Assembly (NCBI RefSeq): GCF_009914755.1
Contig: NC_060927.1
Source of the DNA: the human T2T-CHM13v2.0 reference genome, Homo sapiens
Direction: 5' to 3' (one strand)
Length of the DNA: 64,000 bases
The number at the start of each line of letters is the position of its first letter. The stretch's first letter is position 1. Below, piece by piece: positions 28,577 to 44,829 of the stretch. The position numbers and the translations under genes are program-made. The notes under the pieces were generated by a model. The model saw only the letters and a program-made list of their open reading frames with translations, was not told where the DNA came from and searched no databases.

Positions 28577-28913
28577 CTTAGGAAAAAAAAAAATTATTTT
28601 AGTAATTAGGAAAATTTTAATTTGTAATTAATTTCAAATTTTAATTTGTAAGTAATTATTAAATTTTAATTTAGAAATTAGGCAAAATAAAATAAAAGGC
28701 ATCCAAATAGGAAAGGAAAAAGTAACATTACTGCTGTTTGCTCACAACACGATCTTATATAGAGAAAACTCTAAAACTCTGCCAAAAAAACTCTTGGATA
28801 TAACAAATAAATTCAGTAAAATTGCAGAAATCAAAATCAACATAGAAAAATCCATAGCATTTCTATACACTAACAAAAAAAAATCCAAAAAAGAAACTGA
28901 GAAAACAATCCCA

Positions 28914-28959
28914 TGTTTTTTTAAAAATTATTGTTTTTTAAAAATTTTGTGTGTACATG

Positions 28960-29023
<64 letters not shown>

Positions 29024-29232
29024 GGGGTACATGAGATGTTTTGATACAGACATGCAATGTGAAATAAGCACACCATGGAGAATGGGTATTCATCCCCTCA
29101 AGCATTTATGTTTTGAGTTACAAATAATCTGACTATATTCTTAAAGTTATTTTAAAATATACAATTATTATTGACTATAGTCACCCTACTGTGCTATCAA
29201 ATAGTACATCTTATTCATTCTTCATATTTTTT
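28914..29232 (-). mobile_element. L1MA(1/2-like) 3' end nested in the older L1
   Basis: TATGGGGTACATGAGATGTTTTGATACAG...CCCCTCAAGCATTTAT...GACTATAGTCACCCTACTGTGCTATCAAATAG. Confidence 0.88.
28961..29018. repeat. (TA)29 pure microsatellite
   Basis: 58 bp of uninterrupted TA. Confidence 0.97.
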
Positions 29233-29699
29233 AGCAACACAAAAAATAAAATAGGAGGAAATCAAGGAGTTAAAATACCTGTGCATAGAAAACCATAACA
29301 CAATGATGAAAAAATTGAAGAAAACACAAATAAATGGGAAGATATTCTGTAACATAAATTGGAATAATTAATATTATTATAATGTCCACACCATCCAAAA
29401 CAATCTACAGATTCAATGCAATCTCATCAAAATACATATGTCATTTTTTACCAAAATAGAATAAGCAATCCTAAAATTCATATGGAGCTACAAAAAACCC
29501 AAATAATGAAAGCAATCTTGAGCAAAAAGAACAAAGCCAGAGCCATCACATTACCTAATTTTAAAATCTAATGTAGACCTACAGTAATCAAAACAGTATG
29601 ATTCTGGCATAGAAACAGACACATAGACCAATAGAACAGAACAGAGAGCCCAAAAATAAATCCATAAATTTACAGTCAATTGATTTTCAACAAAGATGT

Positions 29700-30221
29700 C
29701 TTCATAAAATATTAAAAGAGCCAAACAAAAGCTCTTATTAAATAAAACTATGATAGCGGAAAAAAAAAACTTCCTATAGAAAGTTTAGAAGATAAATTTG
29801 AGAAAACCTTCTACAAATAAAAAAAACTAAGCAGAAAATAGAAGAATATTACAGGATCAGTTGATAAAGTATAAACATCTGAATAGTAAGCAACCAGGTA
29901 AGACAAAAAGAAAAAATAAAAAGAGAAAAATATTTAAGAAATAATACAAGAAAACTTCCCTTATCTAAACACAAGTTTCCAACCTGACAGCCTCTGAAAA
30001 GACATCATCGAAATGGATTTGAAAAGCTCCCCAGCAAGGCAAATTATTAAACTTTAGAACACCAAAAACAGAATAAAGAGTTAAAATTTTTTGAATAGGA
30101 ACAATCAGATCTCATGCAAAGAGAAATTAGAACGGCATCAAACTTTCGAAAAGCATAATTTAAAGCCCTCCAAATTCTAAGGAATATGGAAATGTATATA
30201 CTCAAACTTTTAAACAAGTGT

Positions 30222-30261
<40 letters not shown>

Positions 30262-31150
30262 AACACTTTCAGATAGTCAACATAGTAGCTTCTCAACTTC
30301 CTTTTTTTTTGATAATGTCCTGGAGAGAATCAACCAAGAAGTGAGAAGACAAAGGAGATAGAAAACGGATCTCCAACTCAAGAAAAAATCAGAAGAAAAG
30401 CTTGGAAAACCATATGGGGTATGCCATTGAACAGCCATTTAATACAGAGGGCAACCACTTCACATTGGATCAGGGGGACTTACATGTCCAGGAAATCTGT
30501 ATTCAAAGAAAATATGATAGTGACTCATTAGAAGTATGATTAAATGTATAGAGAGGAGATTTCATATCAGAGGAGGGTTTGTGAATAAATTAGTTATAAT
30601 TTCATAGAAAATTAAGCAAATGGAAAGAAAAACAATTATATCCAGGAAAGACCAAAAATTGTGTAAGAAATGAAGGATAGTGTTGTGATGTTTACATAGT
30701 CAATGTAATATTTAACCACAAAGTATTGGTTTAATATAAAATTAGATTACATTTATATATTGAGAAGATGAAAAAAAGATTTGTATATATGTGTGAATAC
30801 ATGTGTTGTGGGGAGCAAAATATGGTCGTGTTGGCAAGGATGTTGGTGCATGTAGGTGGGAGGTAGCAACATTTTTAAGGCAACTTTTGTAATAGGAAGA
30901 CAAGAGTTAATGTATGAAAACAAAAATTCAAAAAATGAGGGTATAAGTATGCTATTTAGAAATATGAGTAAAAGTCCCAAGAGAAACAGCTAAAATGTTG
31001 AAACCAACTGCCTTTTGAAAAGCATCACCTCAAATGAGGTAGGGAAGTGGGTGAAACAAGGGAGTACTGTTTTTCTTGATAATCCTTGAAGATCTATTTG
31101 ATTTTTTCCATTGTGTGCATACATTATTTAATTACACATTTTTTTAAAAA
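29700..31150 (+). mobile_element. HAL1-like (half-L1) element
   Basis: ORF1-like AAGAAATAATACAAGAAAACTTCCC, TTAGAACGGCATCAAACTT; HAL1-type 3' part AACAGCTAAAATGTTGAAA...CTATTTGATTTTT. Confidence 0.65.
30222..30260. repeat. (TGA)13 microsatellite
   Basis: Read directly from the sequence. Confidence 0.95.
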
Positions 31151-31658
31151 GTAAAATGAAAGAAATAAAACTCTATGACAAAGAAAAAAATTAGCTCAAG
31201 TTTGCTTGAATGAATGGGCAGCAAGACCCATTCAAGGGAGTATCTAGTCCATGTGTCTCTGAGGCTTCTACAGTGACTCTAACCTCAAACTGCCTCTGAA
31301 TCCTGAAAGCACCTTATTATTCGACCTGCTAAGGTCAAAGTGACCTCTCATTCTACCAGTTGTGCTATACTAGGAAGTGGAAGAATCTGGCTCATTCTTT
31401 TTCCATAGTAGGAGTCAGAACACTTTCTCTACTGACTACAAAACGGATTAATTAAGGTCTAATAGAATGAGGCAGGGGTTGGGATTTGGATGCTGAGCAG
31501 GGAGAAGATAGTCAAACTTCCACTACAGTTATGGTGAATAATTATGTAAAAGAGTAATTGGGCTACCATGATTATTTTTATTTAAAAATTTACAAGATTT
31601 ATTTCTGAAGATCTTTCGTAGTGCATTGGGTAAATAGTTACTTTGCTAATGAAGTGCC

Positions 31659-31850
31659 AGAGGCAGTACAATGCAGTGGGTAATAAGTTGGTCCTCTGCT
31701 ACAAAGGAGCATGAGATAGAATTCTGGCTGGATCCTTCACTGCTGTGTAAGTGCATGTAAATTTCTTAAATGTCATGGTGCTTCAGTCTCTCCATCTTCA
31801 AAGCAGAGAGAACAAAATATCTACCTCATAAAGATGTTACAATGACAAAA
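31659..31850 (+). mobile_element. MIR
   Basis: GAGGCAGTACAATGCAGTGG...GCTTCAGTCTCTCCATCT...TCTACCTCATAAAGATGTT. Confidence 0.75.
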
Positions 31851-32491
31851 TGTTGGGAATATGTATTTTTTCAAAAAAGATAAATGCAGAAACAGAAAAA
31901 TAATTTGAAAATGCAAAAACAAAATAAAGCATTAAAACTTTGAAAAGTATCTATACTGAAAACAGAAAAATAAATTGCATATAATCCCAGAAGCAAAAAC
32001 TCATTAAAAGTATCATTTGAGAATGCATTTGCAAACCTGGATTAAATTGATGAATTTAAAAAAAATTACCAAAATTATGTTAAGAAAAGATGAACTCCTA
32101 GTCAAATCCATAATCAAAGAAGAACTAAAGAAATAGATCCATGACTATTACTGTCCATCTTCGAAACAGAACAAATCTATACAATTTCACAGATTATTTT
32201 CTTTTTACATCTTTGAGAAAAGTATAGTTTTGCTGTTACTAAAACTGACTCAATCATAACTCAAGAGAGAACACATTGAACTTATTTTTAAGAAACCAGA
32301 ATTCTGAATAACACTAAAACAACATACACAAAGGAAAGTACAGGCTGTTATTATTTGTGAATACTGATGTAAAATAATTCAATTTTAAAAATGTAATTTA
32401 AAGGTAAAATATAAGAATAAATAAAATATATGAATAAATAAAGATCATGGCAAATATTACGGAAGGATGTGTGTTAACATAATTTAAGGTA

Positions 32492-33100
32492 CGGTCATGC
32501 ATTGCTTAAAAACAGATATATGTTCTGAGAAATGTGTCATTAAGCAATTTTATTGTTCTGAGAACATCACAGAGTGTACTTAGACAAACCTAAATGGTGT
32601 AGCATATTGTACATCTAGGCTGTAGCTGATTGCTCTTAGGCTATAAACATGTAAAGGATGCTACTGCACTGATTACTGTAGACAATTATAACAGAATGGT
32701 ATTAGGTTGATGCAAAAATAATTGTGGTTTTTGCCATTAAAAGTAATATTTGTGTATCTAAACATAGGGAAGGTACAATAAAAATATGACTTAAAATATA
32801 AAAGATGGTACATCTGTATAGGGCATTTATCATGAATGAAACTTGCAGGACTGGAAGTTGCTCTAAGTGAATCAGTGAGTAAGTAGTAACAATGTAAAGG
32901 CCTGTACACTCATGTAGACTTCATAAGACCTGCGCACTAGGCTACACTAAATTTATTTAAAAATAACTACATTATGACACTTTGATGGCTACATCACTAG
33001 GTGATAGGAATTTTTCAGCTCATTACAATTCTATGGAATCACTGTCTTGCATGTGGTTGGTCCATTACTGACTGAAAGATCGTTATGCAGCTCATGATCG
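32492..33100 (-). mobile_element. Tigger3 (c-like) internally deleted DNA transposon with both ends
   Basis: TA|CGGTCATGCATTGCTTAA ... GTTATGCAGCTCATGATCG|TA: terminal inverted repeats and TA TSD. Confidence 0.88.
32702..32747. mobile_element. Half MADE1 (Hsmar1 MITE) nested in Tigger3
   Basis: TA|TTAGGTTGATGCAAAAATAATTGTGGTTTTTGCCATTAAAAGTAAT: one TIR arm plus the spacer. Confidence 0.88.
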
Positions 33101-33532
33101 TATTACTAAATCAAAAGAGAAAATTCTGATTACCTTAAGAGATGCTAAAATAACACTTAATAAATATTGTCTATTTTTAGTTAAAAGCTTTCTTAGAAAT
33201 GTATACATAGATTTATAAATATTTTTGTTTGCATATTTATACATAAATATATACATGTATTCTAATTCAGCATCATGACTAATGGTACAATATTACAGGC
33301 ATAATAATAAATTGAGAAAGGCAAAAATACACACTACTATGGCTGTCATTGAATATTGCTCTAGATATGCTAGTTAATGCCATTAAACAAGAGGAAAAAT
33401 AAAGTTATATTTATTTTGACAGCATGTTAGAGGGAACATAAATCAATGGACAGAATAGAGAGTTCAAAAATGGACTAAAGTTTACATTAAAATTTTGCAT
33501 ATAATAAAGGTAATATTTAAATCAATGCAGAA

Positions 33533-33826
33533 GGCCAGGCACAGTGGCTTACGCCTGTAATCCTAGCACTTTGGGAGGCCAGTGTGGGAGGATTGCTTGA
33601 TCCAGGAGTTTGAGACCAGCCTGGGCAACATAGTGAAACTCCATCCCTACAAAAAATACAAAAAATGAGCTGGTCATGGTAGTGAGTGCCTGTAGTCCCA
33701 GCTACTCAGGAGGCTCTGGTGGGAGGATCACCTGAGCCCAGGAGGTGGAGGCTGCAATGAGCCATGATCACATCACTGCACTCCAGCCTGGGTAACAGTG
33801 AGACACTGACTCAAAAAAAAAAAAAA
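33533..33826 (+). mobile_element. AluJ SINE
   Basis: GGAGGATTGCTTGA, CCTGGGCAACATAGTGA, GAGGCTGCAATGAGCCATGATC. Confidence 0.95.
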
Positions 33827-35133
33827 GTGAAAAAGAATTAAAATTAAATTAAATTAATAGAGAAAACATAGAATATTTATTATGTTATTGGAATAACTGG
33901 CTGACATTTTGAAAGAAAATAAAGAAAAAGCTTTACTCAGCTCCCCTAAAATGCATTCTGCCTCTATTAAATCTCAACTGTAAACAAGATAATAGTATAA
34001 ATAGAAAAAATAGTATAAATAGAAAAATAAAGTATGGTTGATATTTTCATACCCTTAGAGTATAAATTATATTTCTACTCATGTACCTCAAATCATAGAC
34101 TATAAAGAGATTTTAAAGTTTGACCATGTAAAGTTGAAAACATCTGAATAAAAACGAACAAGAAAGATTTAATGCTTAAACAGACAAACAGAAAAGTAAG
34201 AAAATTATTTTAAAATAATAAATGCAAAAGTTCATTAATATAATAAAAGTTTATAATACACTTTAAAAACAAACATGAAAAAGAGATCATACTAATAGCA
34301 AAATGGTCAAGGTATAAAGATACACAACTTACATAAGAGGAATATAAATAAAAGCATATGAAAAGATCTTCAAGCTTACTAATAACCAATTACATACAAA
34401 TTAAAACAATTAATTTTCCTCTTATATAGGCAGAGTAAAACTGTTTCTTAATACTTAGAGGAATAAACATTCTCATGCTCACACCCTACTGATGGTGATA
34501 TTAACTTTTACCTCTTTGGAAGGCAGTGTGTCAATGTGCATCAGAACCTAAATCGTGCATTTGCTTTGACTTGACAATCTCACTTCTAAGAATGAACCCT
34601 AGATTGAAATAATCATGAAAGCATGAACTCCTATATTCACAGGAGATTTAACTCATTATTTTCTATAATCTAGAAATTGAGTTATATATGTGACTTTATT
34701 TCCAAATATCTAGATATCCAATATAAAATGTCAAAATACTGTCATTAATCAAACTGTTATAATTCAAGTCGATTATAAATTTTCCTTTATTACTTATAGT
34801 TTTATATTTTAAAATTTTGTTTAGTTTATCTGGATTTTGTACTTGGAAGGTACTAATATCATATTAACTTAAAAACACTAAAATATTTTCTGTCCATACT
34901 GTCCATACATTAGGTGTCCAAGAAATGCTCCAAAAAAATAAAATAAAATAAAATGAAAATAAAAAATTTGAAGGATTTCTTACATTGACACACTTTGGTC
35001 TATACCTTTCGAGTTGTTAGCACTCTGGAAATAAAATCTTAGTCAATATTTTATCCAAAAGGCCATAACTAACTTTAAAGAAAAGATGTGTAATTTTGTT
35101 CAGTAACAATTTAGTAATTCTAAATCTTTATAA

Positions 35134-35662
<529 letters not shown>

Positions 35663-37329
35663 TAGAATGTGTAAAGAATGGTCATTTCTTTTCCTCATTC
35701 TATAATTGCACGAGACCTTTCAAGAAGGTCAGCTAATATTTTTTACTCGAATCTTATTTTTGTGGATGAAATTCAAGAATAGAAACTGCTCACACTTTTT
35801 CAAGAAGACGTTCTTTTAAATTAGGAGTAGTATGTACAAAATCTATAAAAAGGGAGAAAACATTCTGTAACGGTTTTGATAGTTGTGCAAAAAGCCATTT
35901 TCTTTATTCTAAAATCTTACTTTAAAGTCACTTTCCTGTGGAGTTGAAAGAGAGCATATACACACTAATTCTAGCATTGAGAGAATTCGTATTTTCATTC
36001 TATAAGTATAAGACACTTAGAATTTTTCTCTAATAAGGAATCAGACTAATGGATGCAATGATCATATACACAACATTTATTTTTTCTGGAGAACACACCC
36101 ATTGTAATGTCCTATCTTGATAATAATATTTAACCATGAATATGCAATGGGAATGTGTATAGAGAATGTACTTACCAAACTATTTGCTTGAGTGTGTTTT
36201 AATCCAAATTATCTGTCTTTCTCTTTTCATTTTAGCACGTGGATTTTGAAGAAAGTATTTTCAAGGGTTAGATATCTCAGATTTCTGTTCTGTTGTCTCT
36301 TATCCTCCTTCTCTTTCCACAACCTAGTGGAAAAGCTATTCTTACTCTCCAGCTTCTCTACCTTTAGAACTGGGGAAACACCACCAGCATGACTCACTGG
36401 GGTGTGGTGACGGTTATTTTTTCTTAATTAGTCAAAATGTGCAATGTGCTAATTACTTGAATCATAAGAAAAAAATCATTAAATAAAAATCACATTTGAC
36501 TGGCTTTAGCATATTGGGGCATATATTTTTATTTAAATGCAGAGAGTATCTGAATGTTAACTAAGCCACAAAATATGTTCATGGTGAAACTAATTAACAC
36601 TACAACCATGAGCACAATTCCCTTATGGGTTAATTTCTCAATGAAACTCAAAGATACTTTTTGACCTACTATAATGTTCCTTCTGCCAAGGTTAAGAGAA
36701 AGATATCACCATAATTGGAGCATATGAGTCTGTATTAACCTGATTTAGGTTAGGGAATCAAAGATTTGCACAAGGAAGGAATTCATAATAATTAGCGTGT
36801 AAAACATGCAAGCATAGGGGCTTAAACACAGCATGAATTAATTATTCAGTGTTGTTCAGTCCATTTGGACTTATAAATTACAAAAGGTCATAGAGAGAAG
36901 ATTGTAACCCTTATTCCCTTTCCAGTCTAACAGCCTTAAACTTCTCAAACCTCAGTGCTCGCATAGCACAAACAAGCATATATAACATTATGAAATAATA
37001 ATGCACAAATAAAAAAGATAGGTAGGTACTTTAAACCTATGTAGGGACAAAGAAAAAGGAGGCACCCTTTGTTAGATAATCCTTGGAATCAAGAATGCTT
37101 AAATTTCACATATCACTCATATAGTTTTCATTTTCAGTTCTGTAGTCAATATTATTATAAATGTATGTTGCTTTGAATAACTTTACTTGATTGATGAAAT
37201 TAGTATCATACTTATTTGGTGACATAGGCTTAAGTCAATGGATGATTTCATGATTTCAATGTGTAATTCTTAGTGGAGAAAATACAAACACCAAATAACA
37301 AAAACTAAAACAAAATTACCTTGGAGACT

Positions 37330-37628
37330 ATGGTAAACTGAATAACAGTCTCCCAATGATATCCGCATTCTAATTCTAAAATCTGTGAATATATTGTCTT
37401 ATATGGCAAAAGGAGTTTTGCAGAGTGATTAAGTTAATAATCTTAAAATGGGAAGATTATCCTGATTATCCTGGTGAGCTCAATGTAATCACAAGAGTTT
37501 TTATAATGGGTGAGAATGTTGAAGTCAGAGATGAAGTGATGCAAAGATAAAAGCAGAGGGAGGAAAAGTGACGTGATGCAGGGACAATGAGCCAAAGAAT
37601 GTGAGCGCCCTCTAGAAGGTGGACATGG
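37330..37628 (+). mobile_element. MLT1D MaLR LTR, 5' half (split by HERV-L)
   Basis: TATATGGCAAAAGGAGTTTTGCAGA, GGAAGATTATCCTG, AATGTAATCACAAG, TGAGCCAAAGAATGTG. Confidence 0.85.
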
Positions 37629-38182
37629 TGTGATGGTTAATACTGAGTGTCAACTTGATTGGACTGAAGGGTGCAAAGAACTGTTCTTCCGTGTTCTGTG
37701 AGGGTGCTGCCAAAGGAGATTAACATTTGAGTCAGTGAACTAGGAGAGGCAGAGCCTCCCTCAATGTGGATGGGCACCATCTAATCAGCTGTCAGCATGG
37801 CTATATTAAAGCAGGCAGAAGAACGTGGGAGGACTTGCTGAGTCTTCCAGCCTTCATCTTTCTCCTGTGCTGGATGCTTCCTGCCCTTGAACATCAGACT
37901 CCAAGTTCTTCAGCTTTTGGACTCTTGGTCTTACACCAGTGGTTTACCAGTGGCTTTCAGGCCTTTGGCCACAGACTGAAGGCTGCACTGTCAGCTTTCC
38001 TACTTTTGAGGTTTTGGGACTCAGACTGATCCATTACTGGCTTCCTTGCTCCTCAACTTGCAGATGGCATATGGTGGGACTTCACCTTGTGATAGTGTGA
38101 CTCAATTCTTCTTAATAAACTCCCTTTCATAGATACATATACCCTATTAGTTCTGTCCCTCCCGAGAACCCTGACTAATACA
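37629..38182 (+). mobile_element. MLT2A2 5' LTR
   Basis: TGTGATGGTTAATACTGAGTGTCAAC...GAACCCTGACTAATACA; 554 bp, which fits MLT2A2 better than MLT2A1. Confidence 0.92.
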
Positions 38183-38187
38183 GATTT

Positions 38188-38205
38188 TGGTACCAGGAAT
38201 GGTTC
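38188..38205 (+). promoter_or_regulatory. HERV-L primer-binding site (tRNA-Leu type, degenerate)
   Basis: TGGTACCAGGAATGGTTC just after the 5' LTR. Confidence 0.7.
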
Positions 38206-38226
38206 TAGAGGAACAGAATTTTAAGG

Positions 38227-39850
38227 ATGGATTTCTTTAGTTGGTTTTGGGGTTTCTGGAGTTGGCTGCTTAATCTGATTAGACCCCAAAATGCTATGGA
38301 CTCTCCTTCTAATAGTATGGAGAACACTGATAGTTCTTGGCATGAACTATTTAGAGAGTTATGCAAAATAAATGCATTTGATACTCCTGATTCACCACTC
38401 ATGAGAGGCAAGTTTAGTGACTCTATACATAATACCTTTGACCATATGTGGAGAACCAAGGAATATAATGAAATTGGCTGTTGCTCCTAAGTTTGTTGGA
38501 CAAAGTGATAAAAGGATGAGCTCAGGTATTCTAACTGCTGACAACAGAAGCATACTGAGCCTCAAGTCTTCTAAGCTTGCCCTGAGTGAGAGTCTTTAGC
38601 TCCTATAGACAAAGGGCTGAAATTGTGGAAAATTAGACACAAGCTCTTATCATGTGAGTGGCTGACCTGTAAGGAAAGGTGCATGTTCAGTCTCTCCAGG
38701 TGTCTACTGCTAAGGTGAGGGCATTGATTGGAAAAGAACGGGACCCTGAAACTTAGAATGGGGACATGTGGGAGGACCATGATGAATCTGGGGACACTGA
38801 GCTTGTAAACTCTGATGAGCCACTTTTGCCAGAGGAAACAACCTCTACTTCCACTGGGGGCAACCTCCCCTCCCTCACCCACACTGCCATCAGCCTTTCC
38901 ACCTTTGTCTGAAGAGATTAACCATGAACTGCAAACAGGCAAAACAATGCTCCTCAGGACCCATCCCCAACACCCCTGTTTTCTTCTAGACCTGTAACTA
39001 GACTAAACACCCAGCAGGACTGTAGAGGTGAGGTTCAGAGTGTGACCCATGAGAAGTTGCTCTAGATTGCAAAAGAACTACTTGAGTTTTCTTATTTATA
39101 TAAGCACAAATCCAGAGAACAGGCATGGGAATAGACATTAAGGGTGTGGGATAATGGTGGATGGAACATAAAATTGGATCAGGTTGAATGTATTGGTTTG
39201 GGCACACTAAGTAGGGATTCTGCATTTAATGTTGTAGCTTGGGGAGTTAAAAAAAAGTTCTAGTTGTTTATTTGCTTGGTTAGCTGAAATATGGATCAAA
39301 AGATGGCCCACTATGAGTGAGCTGTAAATGTCTGATCTCCCTTGGTCTAATGTACAGAAAGGGATTGGAAGGCTCAGGGAGATTGGGATGCTAGAGTAGA
39401 TTAGTGACTTTAGACCTACTCATCTCAGCTGGGAGGGTCCGAAAGACATACCCTTCACCAATACCCTGTGAAATACAATTGTGAGGGGAGCACCCGCATC
39501 CTTGAAGAGCTCTATGATTACTCTTCTCTGCATGCCAGATCTTATAGTGGGAACCACAATAACTCAATTACAAAATTTAAATGCAATGGGAATAATTGGA
39601 TCCCGAGGTGGCAGGGGCCAAGTCGCGGCACTCAACCATCAAAGGCAAGGAGGGTGTAGCGACTGTAATGGACAGCAGAGGCAAAGTGACAATCAGAATA
39701 ATCTTGACTCATGTAGACCTCTGGCATTGGCTTATTATTCACCGTGTTCCTAGAAGTGAAATTGATAGGAAGCCTATTGCTTCTTACTTACTTTGTATAA
39801 GCAGAAAACTTCCAGGTCAAGTGGACAAAAGACTAATTTGAATTATTAAA
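38227..39850 (+). pseudogene. gag: HERV-L gag remnant with frameshifts and stops
   Basis: WSWLLNLIRPQNA...DSSWHELFRELCKIN; QLQNLNAMGIIGSRGGRGQVAALNHQRQGG; LWHWLI. Confidence 0.88.
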
Positions 39851-39913
39851 ACAGAGAATCACAGCCCCTCAATTTCCAGACTTAAACCAGTTTACAGACC
39901 CAGAACCCCTTAG

Positions 39914-43200
<3,287 letters not shown>

Positions 43201-43229
43201 TGGAAGTGGCACCACTCACCATCACCCGC

Positions 43230-43560
43230 AGTGAACCACTAACAAAATTTTTGCTTCCTGTTCCCGTGACATTATGTTCTGCTGGCCTAGAGATCTCAGT
43301 TCCAGGAGACACAACAATAGTTCTATTAAACTGGAAGTTAAGATTGCCACTTGGCCACTTTTGGCTCCTCCTACCTCTAAGTCAACAGGCTAAAAAGGGA
43401 GTTATGGTATTGGCTGCGGTGATTGACCTGACTATGGAGATGAAATCGATCTACTACTTCACAATGGAGGTAAGCAAGAGTATGCATGGAATACAGGAGA
43501 TCCTTTAGGGTGTCTTTTAGTATTACCATGCCATGTGATTGGGGTCCATGGGAAACTACA
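43230..43560 (+). pseudogene. HERV-L dUTPase remnant
   Basis: SAGLE...PGDTTIVLLNWKLRLPLGHF...KKGVMVLAAVID downstream of integrase, the usual ERV-L position. Confidence 0.8.
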
Positions 43561-44074
43561 ACAACTCAATCCAGGCAGGACTACAAATGACCCAGACCCT
43601 TCAGGAGTGAAGGTTTGGGTCACTCCACAAGGTAAAAAGCCACAATCCACTGAGATGTGTGCAGAAGGCAAAGGGAATACAGAATGGGTGGTAGAAGAAG
43701 GTAGTAATCAATACCAGCTATGACCATGCGACCAGTTGCAGAAATGAGGACTGTAATTGTCATAAGTGCTTCCTCCTTATTTTGTTAAGAACATGTTTGT
43801 GCATGGATACATTTGTATTAAGAAAATATCTTCATTTTATTTCCTTTCTTTTTCTTTTATCATGTGGCATAAGATTTATTGACTTCATATCAACACTTAA
43901 GTCTTGTTAACTTTAGGTGATAGAATTTAGGTTAAGAATCAGTGCATTTATGGTTGTATGAAGGATAGCTGTATTATGTTAGGTGTAATTAGGACCTTAT
44001 TACTGTCTTTATTTGAAGATTTGTATGACTTCAGGTGATGTGTAATGGGTTCAAGTTGGGACAAAGGATGAACT

Positions 44075-44619
44075 TGTGATGGTTGAGTGTCAACTTGATT
44101 GGATTGAAGGATGCAAAGTACTATTCCTGGGTGTTCTCTGAGGGTGTTGCCAAAGGAGATTAACATTTGAGTCAGTGGATTAGGAGAGGCTGACCCACCC
44201 TCAATGTGGATGGGCACCATCTAATCAGCTGTCACCATGGCTATATTAAAGCAGGCAGAAGAGCATGGAAGGACTTGACCTGCTGAGTCTTCCAACCTTC
44301 ATCTTTCTCCTGTGCTGGATGCTTCCTGCCCTTGAACATCAGACTCCAAGTTCTTCAGCTTTTGGACTCCTGGTCTTAGACCAGTGGTTTGCCAGGGGCT
44401 CTCAGGCCTTTGGCCACAGAGTGAAGGCTGCACTGTCAGCTTTCCTACTTTTGAGGTTTTGGGACTCAGACTGATCCATTACTGGCTTTCTTGCTCCTCA
44501 ACTTACAGATGACCTATCATGGGACTTGTGATCATGTGACTCAATTCTCCTTAATAAACTCTTTCGTAGATACATATATCCTATTAGTTCTGTCCCTCTA
44601 GAGAACCCTGACTAACACA
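44075..44619 (+). mobile_element. MLT2A2 3' LTR
   Basis: Direct repeat of 37629-38182, roughly 90% identical by eye. Confidence 0.93.
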
Positions 44620-44802
44620 CATGGCAAGGAATTAATTGTCCCCTAGAGTTTGGAGAAGAAACTCAGCTCTACCAGCACCTTTGATTTTCATCCAGTGAAA
44701 CTGATATCAGGCTTCTGATTTCCAGACTATGATAATAAATGTGTGCTATTCTAAGCCAGTAAGTTGGTAGTAATTTGTCGAGTAACAACAAGAAGCTAAT
44801 AA
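44620..44802 (+). mobile_element. MLT1D MaLR LTR, 3' half
   Basis: GGCAAGGAA...CCCCTAGAG...CAGTGAAACTGAT...AATAAATGTGTG...TAATTTGT...CTAATA continues the 5' half. Confidence 0.85.
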
Positions 44803-44829
44803 AGAGACAACAAGAAGCCAACAAGATAT

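Larger units (their letters stand above)
25230..29698 (+). mobile_element. L1M2/L1M3-type LINE-1: 5' region, ORF1 and ORF2 remnants, internally deleted and 3'-truncated
   Basis: ORF1 remnant (TTRPILQEMLKRVLQAE), endonuclease start (VSLYLSISTLNVNVLN), RT-region motifs (ACAAGGATGCTCACTTTTGCCACTTC); deletion near 27861. Confidence 0.92.
31860..34820 (+). mobile_element. Decayed L1M5/L1ME ORF2 and 3'UTR, interrupted by Tigger3 and AluJ
   Basis: AAACCTGGATTAAATTGATGAATT, ATCAATGGACAGAATAGAGAG, AGCATATGAAAAGATCTTCAA, CTTTGGAAGGCAGTGTG. Confidence 0.6.

Noticed and set aside
28794-29132. 112-aa ORF with a poly(IY) tract
   Set aside because: Read-through of L1 remnants and the (TA)29 microsatellite.
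38227-39850. HERV-L gag as a possible Fv1-like domesticated gene
   Set aside because: Broken into fragments of 91 aa or less by stops and frameshifts.
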